From a virus (taxonomy: Duplodnaviria; Caudoviricetes): DNA of 44,224 nt. The stretch is taken from positions 1 to 44,224 of IMG/VR virus record IMGVR_UViG_3300020336_000013; one strand, 5' to 3'. The notes under the pieces are model-generated. The model was given only the letters and a program-made list of their open reading frames with translations. It did no database searches and was not told where the DNA came from. Of the stretch, positions 28,526 to 37,607 are shown in pieces. Position 1 is the stretch's first letter; every line of letters starts with the position of its first letter. Made by a program: the position numbers and the translations under genes.

Positions 28526-29005
28526 ATGGCAACACAAGATACTGGTGGAATAAAAGAACTTCGAGATGCAGCAGATCGAGGACGCGAAGCAATTCAAGAA
28601 CGCGATCAGCTAAAACGAGAGATGGCTTTTATGAAAGCTGGAGTTGATACTGATTCTAAAGCAGGGCAATTATTGTTTAAGGCTTATGATGGTGAACTGG
28701 AAACAGAATCCATACAGGCTGAATGGCAAGAATTAGTTCCTACCTCTGCTCCCGTTGTAGAACCGGAACAGGCGCAGGACAATGTTAATGAAACTGATAC
28801 GCAAGTAGCAGAACAAAGACAGGCACTAGCTGAAGATAGTGTTTCAGTAGAAGCAAGTACTCAAAGTCCTTACGAACAAGGGTTTCAAGAATTTAAAACA
28901 GCTTACGATGCTGGTCGGTCGAAAGAAGATTCGGCTGCTAAATTCGTAAACACTATTCTTGAAGCAGCTAGTCAAGGTGACGAACGAGTTATATCTGGTC
29001 GATAA
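28526..29005 (+). CDS. Capsid scaffolding protein
   Basis: AAGGAG SD before ATG 28526; acidic coiled coil (IKELR..ERDQLKREMAF.KAGVD); upstream of the capsid gene. Confidence 0.7.
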   Translation: MATQDTGGIKELRDAADRGREAIQERDQLKREMAFMKAGVDTDSKAGQLLFKAYDGELETESIQAEWQELVPTSAPVVEPEQAQDNVNETDTQVAEQRQALAEDSVSVEASTQSPYEQGFQEFKTAYDAGRSKEDSAAKFVNTILEAASQGDERVISGR

Positions 29006-29373
29006 TGCCTACATATGTTTACGAATGCAAGGATGTAAAGTGCTACTCCCTTTGGGAATTAGTGCAAAGCATGCAGGACGAACCTAACGGTGTGTGTCCT
29101 GAGTGTGGTAAAGATTCCGGTAAACGGATTCTTCAATCACCAGCTTTAACGGCTGATGCTACTCCGAACAGAACACGGAACAAAGTTCCTCCAAGGAAAG
29201 CAGAGCCTACTTGGGAAAAAGGAAGAGCCGGTGAACATAGACGAGATGGGTCTTTTGTCCCATACCGTAAGGCTGATGGATCTACCATACCTGTCAAAGA
29301 ATTTGCTGATAATCGCTCAAAGTATGAAGGACTGTTGCGGGATAGAAAGAACAAACAATCCACTACTAATTAA
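29005..29373 (+). CDS. FmdB-family zinc-ribbon protein
   Basis: MPTYVYEC....C...E..QSM.DEP...CPECG....KRIL signature. Confidence 0.85.
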   Translation: MPTYVYECKDVKCYSLWELVQSMQDEPNGVCPECGKDSGKRILQSPALTADATPNRTRNKVPPRKAEPTWEKGRAGEHRRDGSFVPYRKADGSTIPVKEFADNRSKYEGLLRDRKNKQSTTN

Positions 29374-29388
29374 GGAGCGTGAAATAAC

Positions 29389-30567
29389 ATGGCTATAGTT
29401 GGCTATGGAGGTAATGTAACCTCATACGATCTTGCGGTTGGCGTTAAGATCAACATGGATGAACTCATTTACATGATTTCTCCAACAGACTCTCCGTTTA
29501 TCAACGGTATTGGAACTGATGGAAGGCAACTTCTTTCTAGTTCTCCCGTAGATCAGCAAGAGTTTAAATGGATGGACGAAGAACTTTTGATTCCTCGTGC
29601 AACCGCTGCTGGAACAGGTGCCGCTGGTGCAGGACAGACTACTGTTACTGTAGCCGCAGCAGATTCCTACAAATTCCAAGTCAATGACCTTTTGGTTGTA
29701 GGCGAAGCAGACGCAGCAATGAATGCTTCAGTGAAGCGCATTTCTGCTATCAATAATACAACAGGTGTTATCACTGTTGAAAACTGGGCAAACGATGCCG
29801 CATGGCCAGCAACAACTGCTGCTCATGCAGACACAATTATGTGTGTAGGTACCGCACTCCCAGAAGGTTCCGATCCGGGAACAGCACGTTCAGCAGATCG
29901 TACGATCCGCACGAACTGTACCCAGATCTTCGGACCTACCCCAGTCCACATGTCTCGTACCGAGCAGCAAGTATCTCGCTACGGTGTGTCTGACGAATTC
30001 GCCAAGCAGGTTTATGGCCGCTCGGTTGAAAACGTAATCACCCGTGAGCAGGCTTACTTGTATGGTCAGTACCAGAACAATGACGATAGCGATAAGCGTC
30101 GTTCAACTGGTGGACTTAACTACCACATTACTTCTAACACCGATACAACAACTACGTTGACTATCGCTGCTTTAGAAGCACTCCAGCAGAAATGCTACAA
30201 CGCAGGCGGTATGCCAGACGTGTTGATGGCTAACCCTGCTTCATTTGCTACCCTCAACGCAGTATCAGACAGTGGCCGTGTACGCACAGTCATCGATGAT
30301 CCTCGCCGTGGTCGGGTACCTGTATCATCTGTATTCACCGAGTTTGGTGAAACACAAATGGTCAGGAACCGTTGGTGCCACGCTGAGACAGCGTTCTTGG
30401 TTACTAAAGACGGCATTTCTCGTAGAGTTATGCAGCCTCTAGTAGTCGAAGCTCTTGCCAAAACAGGCGACAGCGACAAGGTGCAAATCGTATGCGAAGA
30501 GGGCCTTCAAGTGAAGGGCGAACAGCATATGGGCAAGTTCACTACCTTAACAGGATACGCGGACTAA
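29389..30567 (+). CDS. Major capsid protein, SU10/DUF5309 type
   Basis: ISPTDSPF..FKWMDEEL..NCTQIF..SRTEQ..YGVSDEFAKQ..R.TGGL..EALAKTGDSDKVQIVCE; strong SD; followed by a stable hairpin. Confidence 0.9.
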   Translation: MAIVGYGGNVTSYDLAVGVKINMDELIYMISPTDSPFINGIGTDGRQLLSSSPVDQQEFKWMDEELLIPRATAAGTGAAGAGQTTVTVAAADSYKFQVNDLLVVGEADAAMNASVKRISAINNTTGVITVENWANDAAWPATTAAHADTIMCVGTALPEGSDPGTARSADRTIRTNCTQIFGPTPVHMSRTEQQVSRYGVSDEFAKQVYGRSVENVITREQAYLYGQYQNNDDSDKRRSTGGLNYHITSNTDTTTTLTIAALEALQQKCYNAGGMPDVLMANPASFATLNAVSDSGRVRTVIDDPRRGRVPVSSVFTEFGETQMVRNRWCHAETAFLVTKDGISRRVMQPLVVEALAKTGDSDKVQIVCEEGLQVKGEQHMGKFTTLTGYAD

Positions 30568-30585
30568 GTACCTTATTAGTTTGTT

Positions 30586-30619
30586 TGTTGTGGGGCGGGT
30601 GTATACCTGCCCTGCAACA
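30586..30619 (+). terminator. Terminator/stabilising hairpin after the capsid gene
   Basis: TGTTGTGGGGCGGGT-GTAT-ACCTGCCCTGCAACA 15-bp stem with G-U pairs; no U tract. Confidence 0.75.
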
Positions 30620-30637
30620 ACAGCTAGTATTTAAACC

Positions 30638-31609
30638 ATGACTTATATCTTGCCTACCATAAGTGACTGTGTAACTCACGTTAAAAGACTATTAAATAGT
30701 AATACTCGTACGGAGTTAGATGCAGTAGGAGAAACGCTTACATCAGGTACAGATACAACTCTTAAATTAAAATACAATACAGATGGGGTGCGTGCTGGTT
30801 CTTATCTTTCGTTAACTAACGGTGATTATCCACCTGAAACTGTGTATGTTCATTCACGTAACGGAAGCCATGTTGTTATACAACGAGGTGTAGATGGTAG
30901 TACTGCTAGAGGATGGGAGATAGATGCTACTACTATTGAAGTAGAGCCAAGGTTTAGTGCACATCAAATACTTGAAGCAGTAAGAGATTCTATACGTGCT
31001 TTACCTAATAATCTTTACGGTGTCGGCACTACAAGTGTTACGTTTTCCTCAACTTCTACACAAGCTGTGGATGCTTCTGCTTTAAATGACCAAGATCACG
31101 GCACACCCGGAACAGGATTTTATCATGTTCTTTCTGCTACTCGTACAGCTAAGAATAATGAAGATAGATTGTTAGAAATAAATGTTACTGTTCAACGTCA
31201 AACTGATGGAACATATAAAGTAGTACGACAAGAGGGAATAGAGAAAGCTGTTACTGTTAATCTTATTTATGCTCACCCTTTTAAAACAGGTACATTAAAT
31301 ATGGATACTCGTCTTGACACCAATTCTGGAAGTGGGATTGGAATGTTGGATTCGATGCGAGATATTCCAGCACTAGGAGCAGGATCAAACCTTCTTCTAG
31401 GAGAAGAATCACTTCGTCTGGATCTGCATAGTCAGGGTGACAGTCGATCAGATGCGTCTGTTGCTGCCGGTGATCGCGCTCGGTATTCAATGATATTACA
31501 GGGGCAATATGATCGTCGGGTAAGTGAAGAGGCACGTCGTTTGATGAGTCTTTACGGGATAAGAAGCGGAGCTTCTGTTTCTTCTGTCTTTCCGACAACT
31601 CTTCGTTAA
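30638..31609 (+). CDS. Head-tail adaptor / tail tubular A-like protein
   Basis: Position after the capsid gene; E.VYV..IQRGVDGS.A domain, then PRFS..ILEAV.DSI and a helical C-terminus. Confidence 0.6.
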   Translation: MTYILPTISDCVTHVKRLLNSNTRTELDAVGETLTSGTDTTLKLKYNTDGVRAGSYLSLTNGDYPPETVYVHSRNGSHVVIQRGVDGSTARGWEIDATTIEVEPRFSAHQILEAVRDSIRALPNNLYGVGTTSVTFSSTSTQAVDASALNDQDHGTPGTGFYHVLSATRTAKNNEDRLLEINVTVQRQTDGTYKVVRQEGIEKAVTVNLIYAHPFKTGTLNMDTRLDTNSGSGIGMLDSMRDIPALGAGSNLLLGEESLRLDLHSQGDSRSDASVAAGDRARYSMILQGQYDRRVSEEARRLMSLYGIRSGASVSSVFPTTLR

Positions 31610-31611
31610 TC

Positions 31612-33534
31612 ATGGCTAGTGTTCAGAATAGCGTAAGAGATTCTCTTCCAATAAAACTTGGTGAAAGAAATTATAATATTGATTTAGCTAAGATGGGTCG
31701 TTCAACTATAGACCCAATACGGCAGGGCTTTGATACTCAAGGAACTCCGGGTGAACAATCTTTAAATCAGGCTGGTGTGTGGAAACGTACACGTAATGAC
31801 TGGCAATTAGGTGCAGGTCAACGAGATGGTGACACACCTGAGTCTGGACCACGCCAGTACTATAAGTCTACTGGTGTTAATCCTTGGGTTAAGAACGAAC
31901 TTACTTTATTAAAAGACACTAACCTTACTATTACTGATTCAGGTACTAATCTTTACATGGCTTTTGCGATGGTTGGTATTCAAGAGTACGGTTATGTGTG
32001 TACTGGTTCTGATGTTAAACCTACTGACGATTCATTTACTACTACAGAAACACCAATTTCTAATCCTGCTGGTGGTGCAATTATTGGTATAGCTTCTGAT
32101 GGTACGAATGTTTATGTTGCTTCTACTGCTGGTAATAAAGTACAAAAGATAAGCGCACTAGCTGTAACAGGGGCATCAGCTAACACAGATTATTGGACGT
32201 TAGCTAATGTTGATGGGGTGTGGTTTGCTAACGGTTACTTACTTGCAAGTGTAGCTGACAGGCTTACAGTTTTATCTGTTGGCACAGCACCAAGCGACAA
32301 TGCTGATGTAGCAAGTTCATCTTTCAACCAAGTAGATAGCTGGGAAACAGTTGTTGGTACATCAGTAGGTATATTTGCTGGTGGCAATCAGGGTGGACAA
32401 GGAAAGATTTATTACATAGGAATCAACGATTCAACTGCTGCACTAAATGTACCTGTGATAGCGGCTGAACTGCCACAAGGAGAGAAGATCCTATCAATGG
32501 CAGAATACTTAGGGTATGTAGTACTAGGTACGAACAAAGGATTTAGACTTGCATCCATTACAGGCCAAGGCTACCTATCTTATGGACCACGAGTAAATAT
32601 AACGAACGGTGTTCAAGTGTTCGAGCCTCAAGGTGAACACATGTGGTTTGGATGGAAAGATTATGAATCACCGTTTGATCCAACTACAGCGCGCGGAGGG
32701 TTAGGTCGTATAGGTTTATCTGAATGGACAGACCAATTAGTACCAGCTTACGCTAGTGATTTAATGGCTAGTGGTAGTGGCACTGATGCGGCAGTTCAAG
32801 GTGTTGCTACTTTTATTAGAAACGATATTGAAATAAGAGCATTCTCTATATCTGGTAAAGGAGTATACGTAGAACATGCCACTAACTATATGGCAACTGG
32901 AAGTATAGACGAAGGCAAGTTTCGGTGGGGTATATCAGAACTTAAAGTAGCGGCATCAGTTGACTTACGTCATAAGGCTTTAGCTGATGGTCAATCAATA
33001 GCTATTAAAGTAGAAAGCGATGACGGTAATACAGGCACAGTTACGTCTAATACAGAGGATAGTTTAACACCCGGAATTCAACCGATACTTACATCTACTG
33101 AAGGAAACATAGACGGCGAGTATCTAATACCAACCATTACTTTAAATGCTACTACTGTTACAGCTACACCTACTTTATATAGGTGGACGTTACGTGCTAT
33201 ACCTATGCCGTTTGTAGCTGAAGTACTTTCATTACCTGTGATATTAACTAATCATGTAGGTTATGACAAAAGAGATGTGTATCAAGACGTATACGATGAG
33301 TACTCTTATCTTAAAGCGTTACTTGAAAGCCGTACATTAGTTAAATTTAAAATGGGAGCAGAAGAAAAGACAGTGTATGTTGCTGGTGTAGCATACGAAC
33401 CCGGCTCTATTAATCAATGGAGTGATTCAGCGCAACATCACAACCCTTATGAAAGATACCGTTGGGTAGATGGTGTGTTAACAGTGCAACTTATTACTGT
33501 GCAAACCGGAGTGACTACCTATCGTGCGTCCTAG
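31612..33534 (+). CDS. Tail nozzle / tail tubular B-like protein
   Basis: 640 aa beta-rich; GEQSL..W.R..DW.LGAGQ..S.GVNPW.K.ELTLL; propeller-like repeats. Confidence 0.65.
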   Translation: MASVQNSVRDSLPIKLGERNYNIDLAKMGRSTIDPIRQGFDTQGTPGEQSLNQAGVWKRTRNDWQLGAGQRDGDTPESGPRQYYKSTGVNPWVKNELTLLKDTNLTITDSGTNLYMAFAMVGIQEYGYVCTGSDVKPTDDSFTTTETPISNPAGGAIIGIASDGTNVYVASTAGNKVQKISALAVTGASANTDYWTLANVDGVWFANGYLLASVADRLTVLSVGTAPSDNADVASSSFNQVDSWETVVGTSVGIFAGGNQGGQGKIYYIGINDSTAALNVPVIAAELPQGEKILSMAEYLGYVVLGTNKGFRLASITGQGYLSYGPRVNITNGVQVFEPQGEHMWFGWKDYESPFDPTTARGGLGRIGLSEWTDQLVPAYASDLMASGSGTDAAVQGVATFIRNDIEIRAFSISGKGVYVEHATNYMATGSIDEGKFRWGISELKVAASVDLRHKALADGQSIAIKVESDDGNTGTVTSNTEDSLTPGIQPILTSTEGNIDGEYLIPTITLNATTVTATPTLYRWTLRAIPMPFVAEVLSLPVILTNHVGYDKRDVYQDVYDEYSYLKALLESRTLVKFKMGAEEKTVYVAGVAYEPGSINQWSDSAQHHNPYERYRWVDGVLTVQLITVQTGVTTYRAS

Positions 33535-34531
33535 ATTCTTTCCTTCTTTACCTAATCAAAACCTTCCACCTAGATCACAGCAACGTGTAGGTACTGGCGG
33601 TTACACAGAATATAAAGGTTCATCGGCTGATGGTGGTGGCAGTATAAGACTTGGTGTAATAGATAATCCGTTTGATGGTTACAATGCTTATGGTTATGTA
33701 TCGTTTGATACTGGACATGACAATCAAGTTTATAAAGGATACATAGCTTCTATTTCTGGCGCTGTTACATCGCCTACAAATTACGGTAACTACGGTCAAA
33801 TACAAGTAAGTAGCCCAGTAATGTACAATGATAATATTCGTGCTTACGCATGGGGTAGAGAGTACGACAATTCGCAAAGCTATGGTGGTCGTTCTTTGTG
33901 GGCTAGTGGTGTATTAAATAGCAGTACTGCTAATGGTGTAGAAACTGCTACTTACTGGACGCATCAAACAGACGGTACTGCTTATATAAGTTCTTACGCT
34001 AAAACAGGACATAATTGGTATGACGCTCCTGATAGTGGTTCAATTACAACGTTAATGTCGCTCAACAGTTCAGGTAATCTATCTGTTACAGGCTCATTAT
34101 CTAAAGGATCTGGGTCATTTGATATACCTCATCCAGTAACAGAAGGTAAACGGTTACGTCACTCATTTATAGAGGGACCGTATGCTGATCTAATATACAG
34201 AGGCACTGTGACACTCGGAGCAGAACCAATAACTATCTGCATGGATGAACAGTACGGCATGACTGAAGGCACGTGGAAAGCATTAAACACTAACCCTTGG
34301 TCTATGGTTTCAGCATCAGGCAAGCTAGTTGAATGGTCATTAAATGAATGCAAGCTGACTATTACTGGGGATGAAGGAACAGTTTGTCAATGGATGGTTA
34401 TAGGTGAACGTAAAGATCAGCATATGATTGACACTGATAGTACTGACAATGATGGTAGAATTGTACTAGAGTATACTCCGACGGCTGAACCAGAGGATAT
34501 CCATGAGCAACCCCCTACTTCCGGTAACTGA
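33524..34531 (+). CDS. Tail fibre/spike with C-terminal assembly domain
   Basis: C-terminal GSLSKGSGSFDIPHP..LRHSFIEGP..YRG.V.L..W.V.GERKD domain common at phage fibre ends. Confidence 0.7.
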   Translation: MRPRFFPSLPNQNLPPRSQQRVGTGGYTEYKGSSADGGGSIRLGVIDNPFDGYNAYGYVSFDTGHDNQVYKGYIASISGAVTSPTNYGNYGQIQVSSPVMYNDNIRAYAWGREYDNSQSYGGRSLWASGVLNSSTANGVETATYWTHQTDGTAYISSYAKTGHNWYDAPDSGSITTLMSLNSSGNLSVTGSLSKGSGSFDIPHPVTEGKRLRHSFIEGPYADLIYRGTVTLGAEPITICMDEQYGMTEGTWKALNTNPWSMVSASGKLVEWSLNECKLTITGDEGTVCQWMVIGERKDQHMIDTDSTDNDGRIVLEYTPTAEPEDIHEQPPTSGN

Positions 34532-35246
34532 TAAGAGCATTGATCTAAGTTTATTACATCCTAGATTTATACAACGATTAGAAGATTTCTTCTCTGACGG
34601 GCGCATAGGCAACAGAGTAAGTATATGCTCAGGGTGCAGGTCATACGCTGCTCAGAAGGCCCTCTACGACCGTTACAAGAGAGGTAAGGGTAACCTTGCA
34701 GCTAACCCAGACTGGAAAAGACCCGATGGTTTCTTTCGAGGAAGCTTTCATCAAGAACAACCAGACGGATACTCATATGCAGTTGACCTACGCATAGTTA
34801 AACGAGGTATAACAACAGATAAAGTAACAGCTATCGCAGACAGGTACGGCATACGACCCACAGTTAAAGGAGAATGGTGGCATTTCCAACCACGTAACGG
34901 CAACAGTTGGTTCAACAGATCAGGGTCAGTCTTCCTTGGTAGACCAGAAGAACCACCAGAACCAGAGGTTAACTGGGCTGGCATTCAAGCAATCATAGAT
35001 GACATGGGTAGACAGATAGGAATGATGCCATTAAGACGAGGGTCTAAAGGAAATATTGTAAAGGTTGCACAATCAAAGCTCAACTCGTTAGACTTTAATT
35101 GCGGAATAGCCGACGGGGTGTACGGACGCAAAACTTTAAAAGCTGTGCTGATGTTACAACGTACGATGCTACTAAAAGAGAGTGGGACTATGGATCATAA
35201 GACATGGACTGCAATGTGGAAACCAGAGGTGCCCATTGGCCTCTAA
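34503..35246 (+). CDS. Endolysin: M15-family Zn peptidase plus peptidoglycan-binding domain
   Basis: SGCRSYAAQKALY, SFH..AVD, EWWH motifs; C-terminal LRRGSKG..VK.AQ..L..ADGVYG..T..AV..LQ. Confidence 0.88.
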   Translation: MSNPLLPVTDKSIDLSLLHPRFIQRLEDFFSDGRIGNRVSICSGCRSYAAQKALYDRYKRGKGNLAANPDWKRPDGFFRGSFHQEQPDGYSYAVDLRIVKRGITTDKVTAIADRYGIRPTVKGEWWHFQPRNGNSWFNRSGSVFLGRPEEPPEPEVNWAGIQAIIDDMGRQIGMMPLRRGSKGNIVKVAQSKLNSLDFNCGIADGVYGRKTLKAVLMLQRTMLLKESGTMDHKTWTAMWKPEVPIGL

Positions 35247-35457
35247 ATCTTTAGAAGAATTTGCAAGCGAGGGACGTAAACTACCGGGAGCTTGGATAGA
35301 TACATTACCTGACGAACTTTACAACCAAGTATGGGATGCATTAAACACTGATCTTCCTATTGGAAAGATAATAATAACTAGATGGTTACATTCAGAAGGC
35401 TACCCTGATGCTACACAAGGAAAGATAGCGGCAATCCTTACCCGTGACCGACGCTAA
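35236..35457 (+). CDS. Hypothetical protein
   Basis: TTG start with GAGG SD preferred over 35182; overlaps both neighbours. Confidence 0.65.
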   Translation: MASKSLEEFASEGRKLPGAWIDTLPDELYNQVWDALNTDLPIGKIIITRWLHSEGYPDATQGKIAAILTRDRR

Positions 35458-36499
35458 ATCCCTAGAGGATTACGCCTTAGCAGGCGCAGATATCCAACAG
35501 ATAACTAAACTTTCAAGAGAAGTAAGTAAGGTTAAAACTGAACGGGATATATTTAAAGGCCAAGTTAAAGAACTCGAAGAAGCATTAGACGAAGCAGAGT
35601 TACGAAGCCACATTCTTACCCATCTATCTAAAGCTGATTACAAACCACCAACATGGTTAACTAAAAAGAAAAAGAAATCAACAGGTGTGGTATGCACAAT
35701 ACTATCTGACACACACTTTGATGAGGTAGTTAAACCAGAAGAGATACAGTTTCGCAACGAGTACAACAGAGAGATAGCTGTTAAAAGACTTGAAGCATAC
35801 TTTCAAAAAATAATACTACTCACTAACGAATACGTGACAGGTATTGATTACGAAGGCATAGTCTTATTCTTAGGTGGTGACATATTTTCAGGTGACATAC
35901 ACGAAGAGCTATCTGAAACGAACGAAGATACTATGCTTGCATCTATTGTTTTCTGGACTGAACAAGTAGCAGCAGGTATCACTCTACTATCTGAACACTT
36001 CAACCATGTACACATACCGTGTGTGGTAGGTAATCACGGTAGACGTAGCCGTAAACCTAGACATAAGTTAAGAGTTAAAGATAACTTTGATTGGTTCTTA
36101 TCTAAAACATTAGAACAACGATTCATTGACAACGACAAAGTTACGTTTGATGTAGCAACAGGAGCAGACTTAATAGTCAATGTGCAAGACACAACATACC
36201 TGTTAACACACGGTGACCAAGCTAAAGGTGGCGGTGGTATCGGTGGCATCTGGCCTCCACTTATGAGGATGGTGGCAAAGAAACGACAGAACACAAACTT
36301 TGATTACATGGTACTAGGACACTTCCATCAACTAATCATGGCACCATCATCAGGATTCTTATTGAACGGTAGCCTTAAAGGATACGACGAGTACGCATCA
36401 ATAGGTAACTTTGCTTTCGAGGCACCACAACAAGCGTTATGGATTAATGTTCCGGGTAAGGGTGTGCTTTGGCAGACAGCTTTACTTGTCGAGGACTAA
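35444..36499 (+). CDS. Calcineurin-like metallophosphoesterase with N-terminal coiled coil
   Basis: LSDTH, GGDIFSGDIH, GNHGR, THGD and GHFH motifs. Confidence 0.88.
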   Translation: MTDAKSLEDYALAGADIQQITKLSREVSKVKTERDIFKGQVKELEEALDEAELRSHILTHLSKADYKPPTWLTKKKKKSTGVVCTILSDTHFDEVVKPEEIQFRNEYNREIAVKRLEAYFQKIILLTNEYVTGIDYEGIVLFLGGDIFSGDIHEELSETNEDTMLASIVFWTEQVAAGITLLSEHFNHVHIPCVVGNHGRRSRKPRHKLRVKDNFDWFLSKTLEQRFIDNDKVTFDVATGADLIVNVQDTTYLLTHGDQAKGGGGIGGIWPPLMRMVAKKRQNTNFDYMVLGHFHQLIMAPSSGFLLNGSLKGYDEYASIGNFAFEAPQQALWINVPGKGVLWQTALLVED

Positions 36500-36631
36500 C
36501 GGATCGGCGTAACAAAGAGGGCAGACATTATCAAAGTCATCTCTTTGCACAATGTTCTTACCAATGTACCCATCACAGTTCCAACACTTTACGTAATCTC
36601 TGGTTCTACCAGTTGGGTTGTGCATCGTCAT
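36482..36631 (-). CDS. Small zinc-finger protein
   Basis: CWNC...CPLC; last gene of the - strand block; start uncertain. Confidence 0.55.
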   Translation of the reverse strand: MTMHNPTGRTRDYVKCWNCDGYIGKNIVQRDDFDNVCPLCYADPLVLDK

Positions 36632-36875
36632 TAAATTCTTCTTCCCAATCAGTATCGACATCACCTAAATCAAATCGCATTAACTGATCGAACCTTGCTT
36701 CTTCCCACAATTTTTTAGCGAGGCTTTCTTCACTAGGATCTAATAAGAAAAACAAAAGCATAGCGGCTGGGCCTTGCAATTCTAATCGCCACATCCTAGT
36801 CGAAGGATCTAACATTAAGTTAGCAGAAATTTCATCACCTAACATTTGGTTGTATTGTGAATCGTCTTCAGACAA
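36606..36875 (-). CDS. Acidic hypothetical protein
   Basis: AGGAG/AAGGG SD-like sequence upstream; overlaps neighbours. Confidence 0.7.
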   Translation of the reverse strand: MSEDDSQYNQMLGDEISANLMLDPSTRMWRLELQGPAAMLLFFLLDPSEESLAKKLWEEARFDQLMRFDLGDVDTDWEEEFNDDAQPNW

Positions 36876-37227
36876 GACCCTTCTCCTTTGCTATCTCTCT
36901 TAATCGGTTGGCTTCTTCTTCCCAATCTATCTTATCTATGCGTTCTCTCTTACGATAGAGAGCATAGTAGTTCTCTTCACCTATTTGTTCAATCGTAAAC
37001 TTTCCGAACTCAACAGGATTGTCAGTGAACGTCATATGACATGACGCACACAAACAAAAAGCATTATCTAAATCAGTACGTGTGTGAGAATACTTACGTG
37101 AAATAATATGAGCGCATTGCAACGCATTAGTAGTACCACAATTCATGCACTTACCAAAGTCTCTAGTAATTAAAGCATGCAATCTTGTAGCTCTACCTTT
37201 TGCACCCTTACCATATATATCTGCCAT
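36868..37227 (-). CDS. ninG: NinG/Rap-like HNH-fold recombination endonuclease
   Basis: RD..CMNCG..LQCAHIISR..TRTD.DN..CLC.SCH..NP.EF; ATG 37227 is TAATG-coupled to the upstream gene. Confidence 0.8.
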   Translation of the reverse strand: MADIYGKGAKGRATRLHALITRDFGKCMNCGTTNALQCAHIISRKYSHTRTDLDNAFCLCASCHMTFTDNPVEFGKFTIEQIGEENYYALYRKRERIDKIDWEEEANRLREIAKEKGLV

Positions 37228-37607
37228 TACTGTGTCTCCCAACACTGATAGCTTGGCCACCAATGGGACAAGCCTCCCCATCTTTCATTACTATCTTGTC
37301 CATAGTATAGATGAGCAGCAACAGCTACGTTAGCAACAGGATTTAAAACGTGTGCTCCTGCAAAACCAGCAGCAGTTGAACGATCATCCCAATACTGGGG
37401 GAGATGCTGGAACCAGCCTGCGGCTTTACTCTTAGGATTAATAGCAACACTATACGTATCATCAGCATCAGCAGACGATTCACATTCAGCTACTTGTAAC
37501 ATTTGATCTCTATCTTCAGGTGCAAAAAACACTGACACTAACTCACCTAACGAAGAGCAACTTCCTACACTAGATAACGCAGTCACTAATAATAATTTAC
37601 TTAGCAT
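37227..37607 (-). CDS. SLT/Rpf-like lytic transglycosylase with signal-like N-terminus
   Basis: VAECES (catalytic Glu)..AINP.S.AAGWFQ..W..NP.ANV..AA.LY..W.G..HW; N-terminus MLSKLLLVTALSSVGSC. Confidence 0.75.
   Translation of the reverse strand: MLSKLLLVTALSSVGSCSSLGELVSVFFAPEDRDQMLQVAECESSADADDTYSVAINPKSKAAGWFQHLPQYWDDRSTAAGFAGAHVLNPVANVAVAAHLYYGQDSNERWGGLSHWWPSYQCWETQ

Noticed and set aside
2538-34531. Diversity-generating retroelement or invertible fibre cassette
   Set aside because: No reverse transcriptase, TR/VR pair or invertase seen
2147-36499. GCWGC avoidance (frequent GCC-GC/GCG-GC for Ala-Ala)
   Set aside because: Several GCTGC/GCAGC sites exist (for example near 6230-6256), so any depletion is partial and needs counting
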